From: Pelagomonas calceolata
Lineage: Eukaryota
NCBI GenBank assembly: GCA_918797485.1
Contig: CAKKNE010000001.1
Coordinates: 5,022,001 to 5,086,000, forward strand
Reading direction: 5' to 3'
Length of the DNA stretch: 64,000 nt
Shown here: positions 11,536-22,001 of the stretch, piece by piece
Layout: every line of letters starts with the position of its first letter
Position numbering within the stretch: position 1 is the first letter of the stretch
Translations under genes and position numbers: made by a program
The notes under the pieces: model-generated
The model's input: only the letters and a program-made list of their open reading frames with translations
Told to the model about the DNA's origin: nothing
Database searches by the model: none

Positions 11536-11847
11536 TCTTTTGTGGCGCCGGCACGCGTGGGCGCCTTTGAGGCTTGTCTCGTCGCGCTTTTGGCTGCACG
11601 TGAACGCACAGCGAGCTGTCAAATTAGCGCAGCTGTGGCTGGAGCGGTTTTGCAGGCTGTGCTGCCGGAGAGCCTGCCTCGCAGCTCAGCCTAAATAGCA
11701 CCGCACACGTCGGTAAACGCAAGACGATTGAGCGTGGCAACGCAGCAGTGCCCCAAGCGTCAGAACAGAGCAGCTGCGGCAACGCAAGGCCGCCGACGCG
11801 ACGGCAGAGACAGTGAGAGCACCTTGCTCAAACAAACCACAAACAGC

Positions 11848-13484
11848 ATGTCGTCGTCGGAGAACGCGCTACCAACACCGCCGACGCCGCACGGCCCGCT
11901 GCTCGCGCCGTCGCACCACCGCACTTCTTCCACTCTGCAGCGGCACCTCGAGACCGCGCTCGCGCCGGCGACGCTTAATAAGAGAAGCGCCTCGGTCACG
12001 GACCAGATCGAGCTGGAGGAGTGGTGGTCGTTGACGCCGGAACGACTGCGACGGATCTTCAAGGAGGTCGACGTGGACAACGACGGCCGATTGCCTTTCG
12101 CGTGCCTCGTCGACTCGCTGCGGCGTTACGACCTCGCGGCCCAGGAGCAGGACGTCACGGACACGCTCACGAAGTTGCGAAGCCCTTCTTCCGACGGCGA
12201 GGACGACTTCGCGCGGGCCTGGCGGCGCAAATCTACGACAGAAGTGACGGAGGACGAGTTCTTGGCTGCAGCTAAACAATTGATGGTCGCCAAGGTCTTC
12301 GCGGCGGCGCGACGGAAGAAGCCGCTTGTGTCCCTCGTGGATTTTGGATTGGACGACATCGACATCGGAGACGACGTCGAAGTCACCAAGGCGTGGCTCG
12401 CGCGCCCGTCGACGAAGAGGACGCGGTGGGTCGAGATACGAGGCGACGAGACGGCGTTACGGCTCTTAGGTATCGAGTACGCGCTCCACCCGCTGGCGCT
12501 CGAAGACGCGCTGCGGCCCTCCCAAAGGCCGAAGGAGGAGCGCTACGAGACCCACGCGCAGATTGTGGTCCCTCGGTTCGTTGTACATGGAGACGCCTTG
12601 GCACCTCAAGTAGCGACGGAGAACGTGTCCATTTTTGTTGCCGGCGAGTCGCTCGTGACCTACGCCGCGTCGACGCAAGCGCCGGCCTGGTCGCGGCGCG
12701 TGCGAGCGGAACTCGCTTGTAGTTTTACGAAGCTCCGGGAGGAAGGGTCGAATTTTTTAGCTTATCGCGTGCTGGACGCGGTCCTCGATAGCGGAGCGCC
12801 CGCTGTTGCTGCTTTACGGGGATCTATAGCAAGGCAGCGCGACATCCTTCGAAGAAGTAAATACTCCTCGAACGACGCGGGCGCCACTTTACAAAGGATC
12901 AAGTGCGACCTCGAACAGATCCTAAGGTTGCTGCGACCGTTAGCGCGTGTTCTGATGACCCTCGTCCAGGACGACGACGTCGTCGACCATCGATATAACT
13001 CTTATATCGAAGATGCGGGCGAGAACGTCGCCGAGCTCGAGGACGACATCGCGGCCGCGCTGAGTGACATCGAGCGCCTCGCCGAGGAGTCGGAGCTCTA
13101 TTTCCAGCGGAGTCGGGAGCTGTGTGGAAATCAACCAGTGCGTCGGATGCGGTGAGAGACCCGCACTGCCACGCCATCGAGCAGGCGTCGCGTCGATGGC
13201 GTTGCAACGCGACGAACGCCCCGTAAAATTTTGATTTCCACACAGGTCAAGAAAAAACGATTTATGTGCTGACGACGGTCACGGCTATTTTTCTGCCGTT
13301 GCAATTCGTCACGGGCCTCTTCGGCATGAATTTCAAATATATGCCCCAGCTCAACGACCGCGGGGCGTATTATTTGCTTCTGTTGATCATGACGATCTAC
13401 ACCGTCCTGGCGCTGCTTCTCGTCTGGTGGTGCTCGTCCGGGCGGCGGCGGTCGCTCAAGCACCACGACATCGAGGCGGCATAA
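11848..13484 (+). CDS. CorA-family Mg2+/divalent metal transporter with an N-terminal EF-hand (exons 11848-13111, 13246-13484)
   Basis: LHPLALEDAL, QRPK, LAYRVLDAVLD and TM1 IFLPLQFVTGLFGMNF (GMN signature); EF-loop DVDNDGRL. Spliced CDS is 1503 nt and in frame. Confidence 0.9.
13112..13245 (+). mobile_element. Introner: intron derived from a non-autonomous TIR transposon (134 nt)
   Basis: Perfect 15-bp TIRs CTGTGTGGAAATCAA (13120-13134) and TTGATTTCCACACAG (13231-13245). Flanks GTCGGGAG and GTCAAGAA form a degenerate 8-bp TSD. The GT donor comes from the TSD and the AG acceptor from the TIR end. Confidence 0.88.
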
Positions 13485-13600
13485 CTAGTTTTGTATATGC
13501 TTTGCTTAGAGCTAGGCCGCCTAGCCGCCCGGCCAACCCCTCCCTGCGTGGCCGCATATATATATTTCTTGATTACGTGTGAGGGGGCTGGCGGCTCGGC

Positions 13601-13999
13601 TCAGCAGCAGCACCGCGCCCGCAGGCTCTCGCAGCAGGACTCGTCGCCCGACATGGAGTCGGCGCGCGAGAGGCGCCGCTTCTCGCAGGCCCGGATGTCC
13701 GCCTTCGTCGGCGGGTCGCCGCCCGCGACGCCCCGTAGCACGAGCTGCTCGACGGTGTCCCTTTCTAGGCCCGAGAGCACGCCGGCTTCATACTCGAGGC
13801 CCTGCGGGACCTGCGGCGCCGGCGCCACCGCACACGCGCCCAAGCAGGCCTCGTCCTCGGTGGCGGCCACTTCCAATTCCCCCTCGTTGATCGGGTGGCC
13901 GGTCGCGACCATGTCGAGGACGACCGCCTCGAGCGACGTGCGCGGCATCTTTGCGACAAGCGAGAGCAGTTCCAAGTCGTTAGCGCTATTCATGGCCAT
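13601..13999 (-). CDS. Small hypothetical protein ending in CCC
   Basis: 132-aa ATG ORF with coding-like composition in an otherwise empty interval. Confidence 0.45.
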   Translation of the reverse strand: MAMNSANDLELLSLVAKMPRTSLEAVVLDMVATGHPINEGELEVAATEDEACLGACAVAPAPQVPQGLEYEAGVLSGLERDTVEQLVLRGVAGGDPPTKADIRACEKRRLSRADSMSGDESCCESLRARCCC

Positions 14000-14333
14000 G
14001 GTGACGCAGCGGGAGTAGTTAAGCGGTCACAGACGCTTGAGAGTCAACACGCGGAGATAGGAAGCGTAAATTTTCGGATTTCAGCCGAGCCGAAAATTAT
14101 ATCTCGGCACAGAGGTGTTTTTAACCGATCTTTTTCGCGTCACAGCAAGTCGGTGGCCCGACGGCCCTTGCGCGAAGCGATGAGACCCCGGCGTCACGCG
14201 TGCGCCGCTACCTAAGACAGAGCCCCGGGCGTCGTTTTTTTTTTATGATTAGCAAAACGGGTTTATTTGATTATCGCCAGCAACAATGCGTCTCTCCTAG
14301 CACCGTAACTCACGATAGTATCGGAAATATAAA

Positions 14334-17071
14334 TTAGGCGTTCTCAGGACTGACCTCCCGCGCCGCCAGCGCCGCGCAGCGCAGCGCGTCCCGCAGCGAG
14401 TCCAGCAGAGTACCATCGACGAGCTCGAGCGTCTGGCCTTCGCAGACGAGCTCCGCGAGACCCCGCAGTTCCGCCGGCGAGAGCGCGTCCTTCTTCACCA
14501 AAAACGGCGCCGCGCGCTCCGCGAAGGCCTTGGCCTCTCCGACGATCGTCTCAAGGAAGTTCTTGGCCAGGCCCGCGTAGACGAGCCCGTCGTCGATCTC
14601 CAGCGCCTCCCATTCGTTTAAGCATTTCTCGCACGTTTCTAGCGTCGTCGTATCATCCAACGCGCGCTTCCACAATACCTTACCATTGCGCGTCGCGACT
14701 GTGGCCAAAGGGACGCCGTCGCCCCTCGAGTACGCGCAGAGCGGACAGATGTAGTCGTCGTCGTCGCCGGGCATCGTTTCGAGTCGGATGCAGCGCGGGT
14801 GGACCCAGCCCGCGCAGGCGTCGCAAAACAACAACTCTGCAGCATCACCATCAGTAGACACACAGGGGACCTCCGGAAACTCCGGCAGCCGACAGAAGCA
14901 GTGCAGGTCGCCCTTACCTGATCTTTCTTCGTGTCTCGTCGCGGCGCCATACAAGGCTTCAGCTAATTCAGGAGCGCCGCCCTCCGTGCCGATCAATTCC
15001 AAATGGGTGCGCGCCGCCCAGGCCAAACTTTCAGGACCGTCCTCCTGGAGCTTCTGCTTCTTCTTCTTCGGTGTACCTTTGGGCTCTCTACGCTGCTTTA
15101 CTTGTCGTAACTCATCATACTTGCGCTCGAGCTGGGCCGCCGTCCTCCCGGGCAGCGTCTCCTCTACGATGGAATCAAAGTCCATGCCACTTTCGACGGC
15201 CTCCTCGAGGGCCATGACGTCCTCCAGCGTCCAGACGGGCTCCCTCGTATTCTTTTTGGGAGGAGGGGGCTCGTCCTCCTCTCCGGCGCGCCGCTTCGCG
15301 CGCGCCGCGCGACCTTTGGCCGGCTCGTCGTCGTCATCACTCCCGGACTGGTAGCCCTTACTCTTCACAACGTTCTTCTTGCTCCCAATCACTCCAATGC
15401 AGTTCGGCGCGCCGCACTTGCACTCCTGGCCCACTGTGGCGTCGGCCTCCGTGCCCCCCGCGTTGTAGTCGTAGCATAGTTCTTCCTGCGGCGGGATGTC
15501 CCGTAGAGCCACGAGGACTAATCGGGGCTCCTCGCCCACGCGCCACTTCTCGAGCTTGCAGTTCGGGGCGCACCTGCGTGAGAACGACACGCTCGACGCC
15601 GTCGGCGCGACGCCATCGACGCTACCGACGCGACGCCATCGGACGCGACGCCGTCGACGCGAAGGCACAAAGGGACGCCGCCCGCAGACGAGTGGTTCGC
15701 GAAGCGCGCGTAGCCGCCTCTATTACCAGCGTCGATCGACAGCCCGTCGCCTAGCGCCGCGATGTAGAAGGGGTCTTCCGCCTTGCGTTTACAGCGTCTT
15801 TCGAGCAGTTCGTTTTGATCCACCACTTCGCCCCGGTACTCGCCGATCTTCTGGCCCTTGTGGATCGCTACTCGACCTCTCAGTCCAAAACCCATGGTAC
15901 CAGTATCATACACTTCGACGGGCGGGTAGGCCCTCCTTTGTATGACAGTATTGGCACATGGTAATCGACCACCTTTCTTCGCTTCTTTGGGCTGCTCCGA
16001 CCGTCGAGATCGCCGTTGGGACGACTCCCTTGAGATATCTTCCTTCGTCACGCGCCGCCACAGGCCCCCTCCGACGCCCGGTTTTATGTCAAAAGTGCCG
16101 TCGTCATGCATAGCCATGATCGTGCCGCCGCCGCCCTGCCTATTGTTGCCTGGAGACGTATCGGGAGTCACGGTCACGAAGGAACCCACACCTAAAGGTT
16201 CTTCGGCATCCAGCAGAAACTCAGGATATCGCGACCGCGCGATTTCGATGATGGACCTGAACCTCGATTGGTCGGGAGAGATGAAGTACCGATCCACATG
16301 CGTCGAACCGTCGCGCTGCTTCTCCTCCGTCGTCCACCCATCACTGGCCATTTTGGCTTCCAGACCTTTCCTATCCCTTACCTTGTCGAACTTCTCCACA
16401 ACTACTTCCGTGGTGGACGTGCAAGCCGGGTCCGGCGCGCCGCCCATGCAGCAATCTAGCGGACACTCGACGTACAACTCGCGATTGACGCAGTCCGTGC
16501 CCGCACACCCGCCCTCCGGGTCGTTTGGGTCGTAGACGCAATTGCACCGCGGCCACTCCGACGACTGAGTTTGCGGTTCCCGTTTCGCGGGCCACACATA
16601 CTGATTCTCCAGCACGTCCCTCCATCTTTTGGGTTGTCTCCGGTACATGAGCGACACCTCCGCGCCCATCGCGTCCCTGCCATCGAACTCCCGGAAGTCG
16701 CCCTCGACCCTGAACGCGTTGGCGCTTTCTTCGAAGGTCCTTTCTGTCTGATCGCCCCACTCGTACTTGAAGGTCGCCGGGGCTTCTCCTGGTCTCAGAA
16801 CTCCTGTCGACGTGGTCCCGTCGCCCTTGACTCGTATAGCTGGCGCGCCGGACAGGCCAAGAGCTCTCGCGATCTCCGCCCTGGACCTAAACTTCTTTCC
16901 ACTCGCATCAAAAAAGTACCGGTCCGTGGTGCCGGCGGAGTTGCCTATGGACCGGCTGTAGAGCTCGGTCGTCCAGCCGTCGATGGCGCTGCCCTCGCCG
17001 CCGCACTGCTCGACGTAGGTTCGAAGGACCGCTAAGGCCTCCTGGGCGTTGGGGTCGTTGATTTGGGGCAT
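14334..17071 (-). CDS. ASH1/NSD/SET2-type histone lysine methyltransferase with two MBD-like domains, AWS-SET-postSET, SANT/Myb-like and PHD (exons 17071-15690, 15573-14334)
   Basis: GFGL, EYRGEV, ARFANHS|CAPNC across the intron, EELCYDY, CKCGAPNC; PHD CFC...CDACAGWVHPRC...CPLC; two DGWT...DRYF..(G/Q)..FRS motifs. CDS is 2622 nt and in frame. Confidence 0.9.
15574..15689 (-). other. Spliceosomal intron, 116 nt, inside the SET NHSC motif
   Basis: GTCTGCG...ACGCAG; splicing restores NHSCAPNC; GCGTCC at +12. Confidence 0.9.
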
Positions 17072-17270
17072 GGTTTATGCAGCGGCGCGCGGTCGCCGCT
17101 CCGGCTGAGTTTGATTTGAAAGTTGCTCTGTGAAGGCTGCGCGGCGACGGCGTGCAGCCTGGCCGCAAGATTCGCTTGCTCGGCACTGTCACAGTTCTGG
17201 GCTACCTCCGCACGCACGTATGCGGCCCCTACGCTGCTGCCTCGCTTTCAAAAACAAGGCGGCGGAGCGA

Positions 17271-17295
17271 GCTAGCGGCGGTAAAGACACTAGCA
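17271..17295 (-). promoter_or_regulatory. Double-CTAG intergenic motif, copy 2
   Basis: Minus strand tgctagtgtctttaccgccgctagc, ~200 bp upstream of the SET gene ATG. Confidence 0.65.
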
Positions 17296-17311
17296 AGCAA
17301 GCAAACTCTCG

Positions 17312-18175
17312 TTACCCACTATTGCGTTGCCCTTGCCCAGTATCGACGTGCTCCTGGAGCGTCCAGGAGCCCTCGAGATTGAGGCCGCGTACGTTCGTAG
17401 ACTGGTTGGTCGTCTGCGCCGCGGCCGGTGCCGGCGCCACCGGCTCCTCGTTCGGGGGCGCGTCCGCCGGCGGCTCGAGTTCCTCGCCCTCCGCGGCGAC
17501 GGGCCCGCCGCCGCCGTCCGCGGGGACGCTGTCGCCGCCGTCTTCGACCAGGCCCTGGCGGCGGTACCAGAAGCAGTCAAACAACAAATGGAGGAAGCAC
17601 GAACCCATGAACAGACTGACCGCTACCACGCCAAGCGGTCGTATGATGTTCTGCCAGCGGCCCTTCAGGCGCTTCGACACCGTGTCGTTAATCGCGAAGT
17701 CCCGGAAGCACCGCGACGCCCAGATCGTCACGAGGTAACACGACACGGTCATCAATGCCGTCGCTAAAATGAGGACGGCCTTCCACGCGAGCGGGACGCG
17801 TTTCCAGACGGTGTTCTTTCGTAGCGCCTCTGACCGCACTTTCGCGGCCTCGTCGGCCTTTTTGACTTCCTCGTCGAACGGGATCCGGTCGATCTCGTCC
17901 TTGCGGTTCGTCAGTTCTTGGTCGAGGTAGTATGCCGCGACGAGTAAACTCCCGCCCTGCAGTGCGGCGGCTGCGGTCACGAACAGCACCGAGCAGACGG
18001 GCGCGTAGGACTCGTTTATTACTAAAAAGGCACCGCCGATGGTAGTAGGTAGGATCAGGAAGAATACTGGTAATGTCCCTATCAGGATCGGTAGGAGCGG
18101 TAGTTTCAGGATGCCGCACAACACGCTCGTCGGCCAGTCCGGTCCGCCCACTAGTAACGCACACTTGGCCCACAA
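17312..18175 (-). pseudogene. Multi-pass membrane protein, apparently 5'-truncated (VTT/SNARE-associated-like segment GGPDWPTSVLCGIL)
   Basis: Several hydrophobic helices; no ATG at the 5' end; the frame runs into antisense MYND sequence at ~18175. Confidence 0.55.
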
Positions 18176-19259
18176 CGCGCCGCGTTGCGTTAGATGTAAA
18201 GTTCGCTATTGTGACTCGACTTGCCAGCATGACCACTGGCGCCGCGGCCACAAGCAGATGTGTAAGAAAATACACCGCGGCGGCAACGCAGAACAGTATA
18301 ATGCAGACAAAAAATACAAGGAAGCCGTCGCGGTCGCGGTCGAGGCGTGCGCCGAGGACACGAAGGGGCAGACGTGCTTTATTTGCACGCAAGCATTGCA
18401 TTGGAAGACGAAGGAGGGCCTCGTGCGCGGTTGTGCGTGCCGCGGGACGGCGGGCTTCGCGCACGTGTCGTGTTTGGCGGAGCAGGTTAAGATTTTGGTC
18501 GCGGAGGCGGAGGAGAACAATCTCGACAAGGTGGTGGATGAGAGGTTCGGGCGGTGGCGCGCGTGTAGCTTGTGCGAGCAAGACTATCACGGCGTCGTGT
18601 GTCATGCGCTCGGGTGGGCGTGCTGGAAAACGTACGTGGGCCGGCCGGAGACAGACCAGCTTCGGAGCGTGGCGATGGGGCGGCTTGGGGCCGGTTTATC
18701 CGCTGCAGATCACAACGAGGACGCGTTGTCCGTGAAAGAGGCCCAGTTGTCTATGCTGCGGCGTATAGGCGCTCCAGAAACAGTCATCCTCAACACGCAG
18801 GGCAATCTTGCGATTGCGTATGGATTGCTGGGACAGCATGAGCGGGCACTGCAGATGAAGCGAGACATATACTCAGGACGCTTGGTGCTCTTCGGTGAGG
18901 AAGATGAGAACACAATCAGAATGGCCTACACCCTCGCGAATTCGCTTCGTTTACTGCAGCGCTTCGATGAAGCCAAGTCGCTGTTGCTAAAAGTGACACC
19001 CGTGGCGCGACGCGTTCTCGGGGAGAATCATGATATCACGCTCGCAATGAGAACGTCTTATGCGAGTGCGCTCTACAGTGACGACGGCGCCAAGCTCGAC
19101 GATCTCCGCGAGGCCGTGGAGACGCTCGAGGATATAGAACGGACCGCGCGGCGCGTGCTCGGTGGCGCGCACCCGCTCACCTCGGGGATTAAGAGCGAAC
19201 TGCAAAAGGCGCGAGCGGCCCTCCGCGCCCGCGAGACGCCGTCGCCGGGGAGCGCCTAA
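18165..19259 (+). CDS. MYND finger (partial), RINGv-like finger and kinesin-light-chain-like TPR repeats; 5'-truncated
   Basis: CVRC...YCDSTCQHDHW..GHK.MC with the first CxxC pair absent; CFIC...CACRG..GFAHVSC...CSLC; repeats ending ARRVLGGAHP. Confidence 0.75.
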   Translation: MAHNAPRCVRCKVRYCDSTCQHDHWRRGHKQMCKKIHRGGNAEQYNADKKYKEAVAVAVEACAEDTKGQTCFICTQALHWKTKEGLVRGCACRGTAGFAHVSCLAEQVKILVAEAEENNLDKVVDERFGRWRACSLCEQDYHGVVCHALGWACWKTYVGRPETDQLRSVAMGRLGAGLSAADHNEDALSVKEAQLSMLRRIGAPETVILNTQGNLAIAYGLLGQHERALQMKRDIYSGRLVLFGEEDENTIRMAYTLANSLRLLQRFDEAKSLLLKVTPVARRVLGENHDITLAMRTSYASALYSDDGAKLDDLREAVETLEDIERTARRVLGGAHPLTSGIKSELQKARAALRARETPSPGSA

Positions 19260-19286
19260 TTATTCACAAGCATATTACACACAACA

Positions 19287-21608
19287 CTAAGAAAACCCCG
19301 CATCGCTCCGGTTCCACGCCTCCAAGACACGCGTCGCCGCGACCTCGTCGCCCGCGGCCCGCACCTCGGCGTCCCAGACAAATAAACCTCGCTTCGCCGG
19401 CGCGTCGTTGGATCCCAGCTCGACCAGTTTCCCGACCGGGGACGCTTCTAGATAAGCCGAAGAGCACGACGTCAGCGCGACGGTCCGAGCGGTACCAGGG
19501 AGAACTTGAAGACATAGAGCCCCGGCGTCGCGGACCGAGCACACATTGACATCATCATCGTCCAAACACGCCTTGAGGAACGCCGCGTCCGCATCCATCG
19601 CTCGATCAAACGGGTAGAGCCGCTCCGCGACTTTCTTGGCGTAGCACAGCCCAAAGCCACCGTGCAACACGCCCTGTTTGATCAGCTGCGCGAGCTCGGG
19701 AGGCACGGTCTTCCGCAACGCGTCATCATCAAAATCCGCAAAACCGCCGCGGCCGCTCGCCGTGTCGTAGCAGTGCCACGCGCCTAGACAGACGACGGCC
19801 TCGGCCAATTCCGTGATCATTGAAACATAGGAAGGTGCATAGACCGCGTCGTCGCTGAAATGGACGAGCGTCGCGAACCGCGACTCCTCGCACGCTATTC
19901 TACGCTTCTCGCCCAACGAGGTTCCTTCCGGTAATTTGACGTAGCGGATGCGCCGGTCCCGCTTCATTAATTCAACCCAGAACGGCGGCGCGTCTCCATC
20001 ACTACCGTCGTCGTCGTCCACAACAAGCAGTTCCAGCGGCTCCGACGACTCTTGGGCAAGGAAGCACCTTACGACGCGCTCCACGTATGAGCGTTTCGAT
20101 GGATCCGTCACGAGGATCACGGACGCGGCCCGCTTCGCCTTTTTGAGGCGCCTTCGCCTGGCTTCGAGCTTGGCGCGCTTGGCCTTCACCTCATCAGTAT
20201 TGAGCCGCTCCTTGCCGAGTAAACTCCACCACGCCTTCGCCGCGCGGCAGTCGGCGAGGGCCTCCGAGGAATTGTCGAGCTCGACGTGACACGCGGCCCG
20301 GTTGCCAAGGACCGTGGCGACAGCTTCCAGTTGTACTTTCGTAGCGCGGCGCAGCGCGTCGAGCGCCGCGTCGTATTCGCCAAGAGCGCTTTGAAAGTTG
20401 CGCGCTCGGAAACACTGATTCCCTTCGTCCTTTTTAGAGAGCCAGAGCTTTGGTGAAGCCACGGGTACTGATGCATCATGGTCGTCCGCGAGCGGGCCGG
20501 AGCCCTCTTTGTCAAACAAGAAGCGGATTTTCGTGATGGAATCGCGGTTCGGCAGCGTCTCCAATCTGTTGGAGATGGTCAGCGTTTCATGCGCCATGCT
20601 CCGTTTCTTAAAGGTGACCCTTTTCGCAACTTGTGTCGCGTGCGACCCGTCGCCAAAGCAGGGCACGACTTGGAAAACACCGTTCCGCACGTCCTCGGCT
20701 AATGTTCTCGCGGCGTCGTACTCGTAGTACGCCGCACATGCGTCTATCACATACTCATGACCGAGGACGCACGCGTAGTGCATTCCACTAACGACGCGCC
20801 ACGCGATCGTCGGCCGTGCTTTTGATAGGATCTGGCCCATGACGCAGGCCGCGACGTGCGGATACCCAAACACGCAGAACATGCCGCAGGCGTCCCTTGC
20901 ATCAGGCAACTCCACAAAATCGGGCTGGAGGCCCGCGTCCCTAGGCGTATGCGTGGCAGGATCGTAGCCGTCCACGATCAAGTCGACAGCATTCACAAAG
21001 CTACATGATCGCGCCGCTTCTCGTAGTGTCATGGTGCCTCCTAACCAATCACGGTCGTCCCAGGCGGCATTTACATCGAGCGGTTCGAGCGCTTTCACGA
21101 GTTGATCACAAACCGGGTCTCTATCATCACCAGCCACGTCCTCCAGCTTCAGTAAACGACCCCAGCAGCTTTCCGGAGAGTCGCTCGCTTCCTGCCGCCA
21201 CCTCATTTCACTGTCGTCAACTGGGCCCACCGGCGGCGGCGCCACGTCGTCCTCGTCATCACTGGAAGACGTCGCGTCGCGCCAGTCGTCGCCTCGTTCT
21301 GGAGGCGGCGGGCGCGGCCTTGATATCGGTCCGTCCGCGCCGACTGCATTTAACTCGACGCCGGCCAGCGACGACACAAGTGTAGAATGGGGCACGACCT
21401 TGCCATCTCTCGTCAATACGAGTGGCGGCGCCGCGTCATCATCGAGACCCTGCGCGCGCGCGAGGAAGCGGCCGTAGCGCGCCGCGAGCTGCCAGCATTT
21501 TGTAGATGGTTTCACACTCAGCGTGCAGCCGTCGACGCAGCACTCGACGGGTGCTGCATTTGTGAGCTCCTCGGAGGCGGCCGACGACTCGTCGTCGGAT
21601 TCGTCCAT
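19287..21608 (-). CDS. TPR plus glycosyltransferase family 2 domain protein
   Basis: KDEGNQCF..NF..AL..Y and LGNRAACH TPRs; SVILVT...LELLVVDD...IRYV...SLGEKR...LVHFSDD GT-A-type domain. Confidence 0.75.
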   Translation of the reverse strand: MDESDDESSAASEELTNAAPVECCVDGCTLSVKPSTKCWQLAARYGRFLARAQGLDDDAAPPLVLTRDGKVVPHSTLVSSLAGVELNAVGADGPISRPRPPPPERGDDWRDATSSSDDEDDVAPPPVGPVDDSEMRWRQEASDSPESCWGRLLKLEDVAGDDRDPVCDQLVKALEPLDVNAAWDDRDWLGGTMTLREAARSCSFVNAVDLIVDGYDPATHTPRDAGLQPDFVELPDARDACGMFCVFGYPHVAACVMGQILSKARPTIAWRVVSGMHYACVLGHEYVIDACAAYYEYDAARTLAEDVRNGVFQVVPCFGDGSHATQVAKRVTFKKRSMAHETLTISNRLETLPNRDSITKIRFLFDKEGSGPLADDHDASVPVASPKLWLSKKDEGNQCFRARNFQSALGEYDAALDALRRATKVQLEAVATVLGNRAACHVELDNSSEALADCRAAKAWWSLLGKERLNTDEVKAKRAKLEARRRRLKKAKRAASVILVTDPSKRSYVERVVRCFLAQESSEPLELLVVDDDDGSDGDAPPFWVELMKRDRRIRYVKLPEGTSLGEKRRIACEESRFATLVHFSDDAVYAPSYVSMITELAEAVVCLGAWHCYDTASGRGGFADFDDDALRKTVPPELAQLIKQGVLHGGFGLCYAKKVAERLYPFDRAMDADAAFLKACLDDDDVNVCSVRDAGALCLQVLPGTARTVALTSCSSAYLEASPVGKLVELGSNDAPAKRGLFVWDAEVRAAGDEVAATRVLEAWNRSDAGFS

Positions 21609-22001
21609 GGCTGGACGTATTTGGGGCTGCCCGATGGTGCGGCCTGCGCTCGCAGTGCCATCGAGCTTTGTTTTTTATTTTTCCTTGAAGGAAGCGTCGT
21701 CCCGGCGGCTTGTAGCAGTGGTTGGCACGGGTACGTCGGTCCCATCCTAAAATATGTCGGCTCTCGCATCGGCTTAACTTACCCTAGCTACATACCTTTG
21801 GCCGGCCGGCACAGCGGCGCGACGCTTTTGGCCCTGCCCAGGCGAGCCTGCGAACGCCATCGTCGCGAGGCAGCCATTAAAAAGCGGTCCTCAGACGCCC
21901 TCGACGCGAGGTAGCGAACCAGTCGACTCCGCAAAGCCTGCCCAAGCTGACAAGGGCAGCCCCGAGACGCGCGCCGCACGCGAGTAGGACGACAGACAGC
22001 C

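Noticed and set aside
13601..13612. CCC-TGA (CxxU-like) at the end of ORF 13601-13999 as a second selenoprotein
   Set aside because: No thioredoxin-like context and no SECIS seen; readthrough enters AT-rich spacer and the opposite gene. A Cys-rich lipidation tail is simpler.
18039..18164. ATG 18039 as the native start of the MYND gene
   Set aside because: This stretch is the antisense of the membrane-protein frame and lacks the first MYND CxxC pair.
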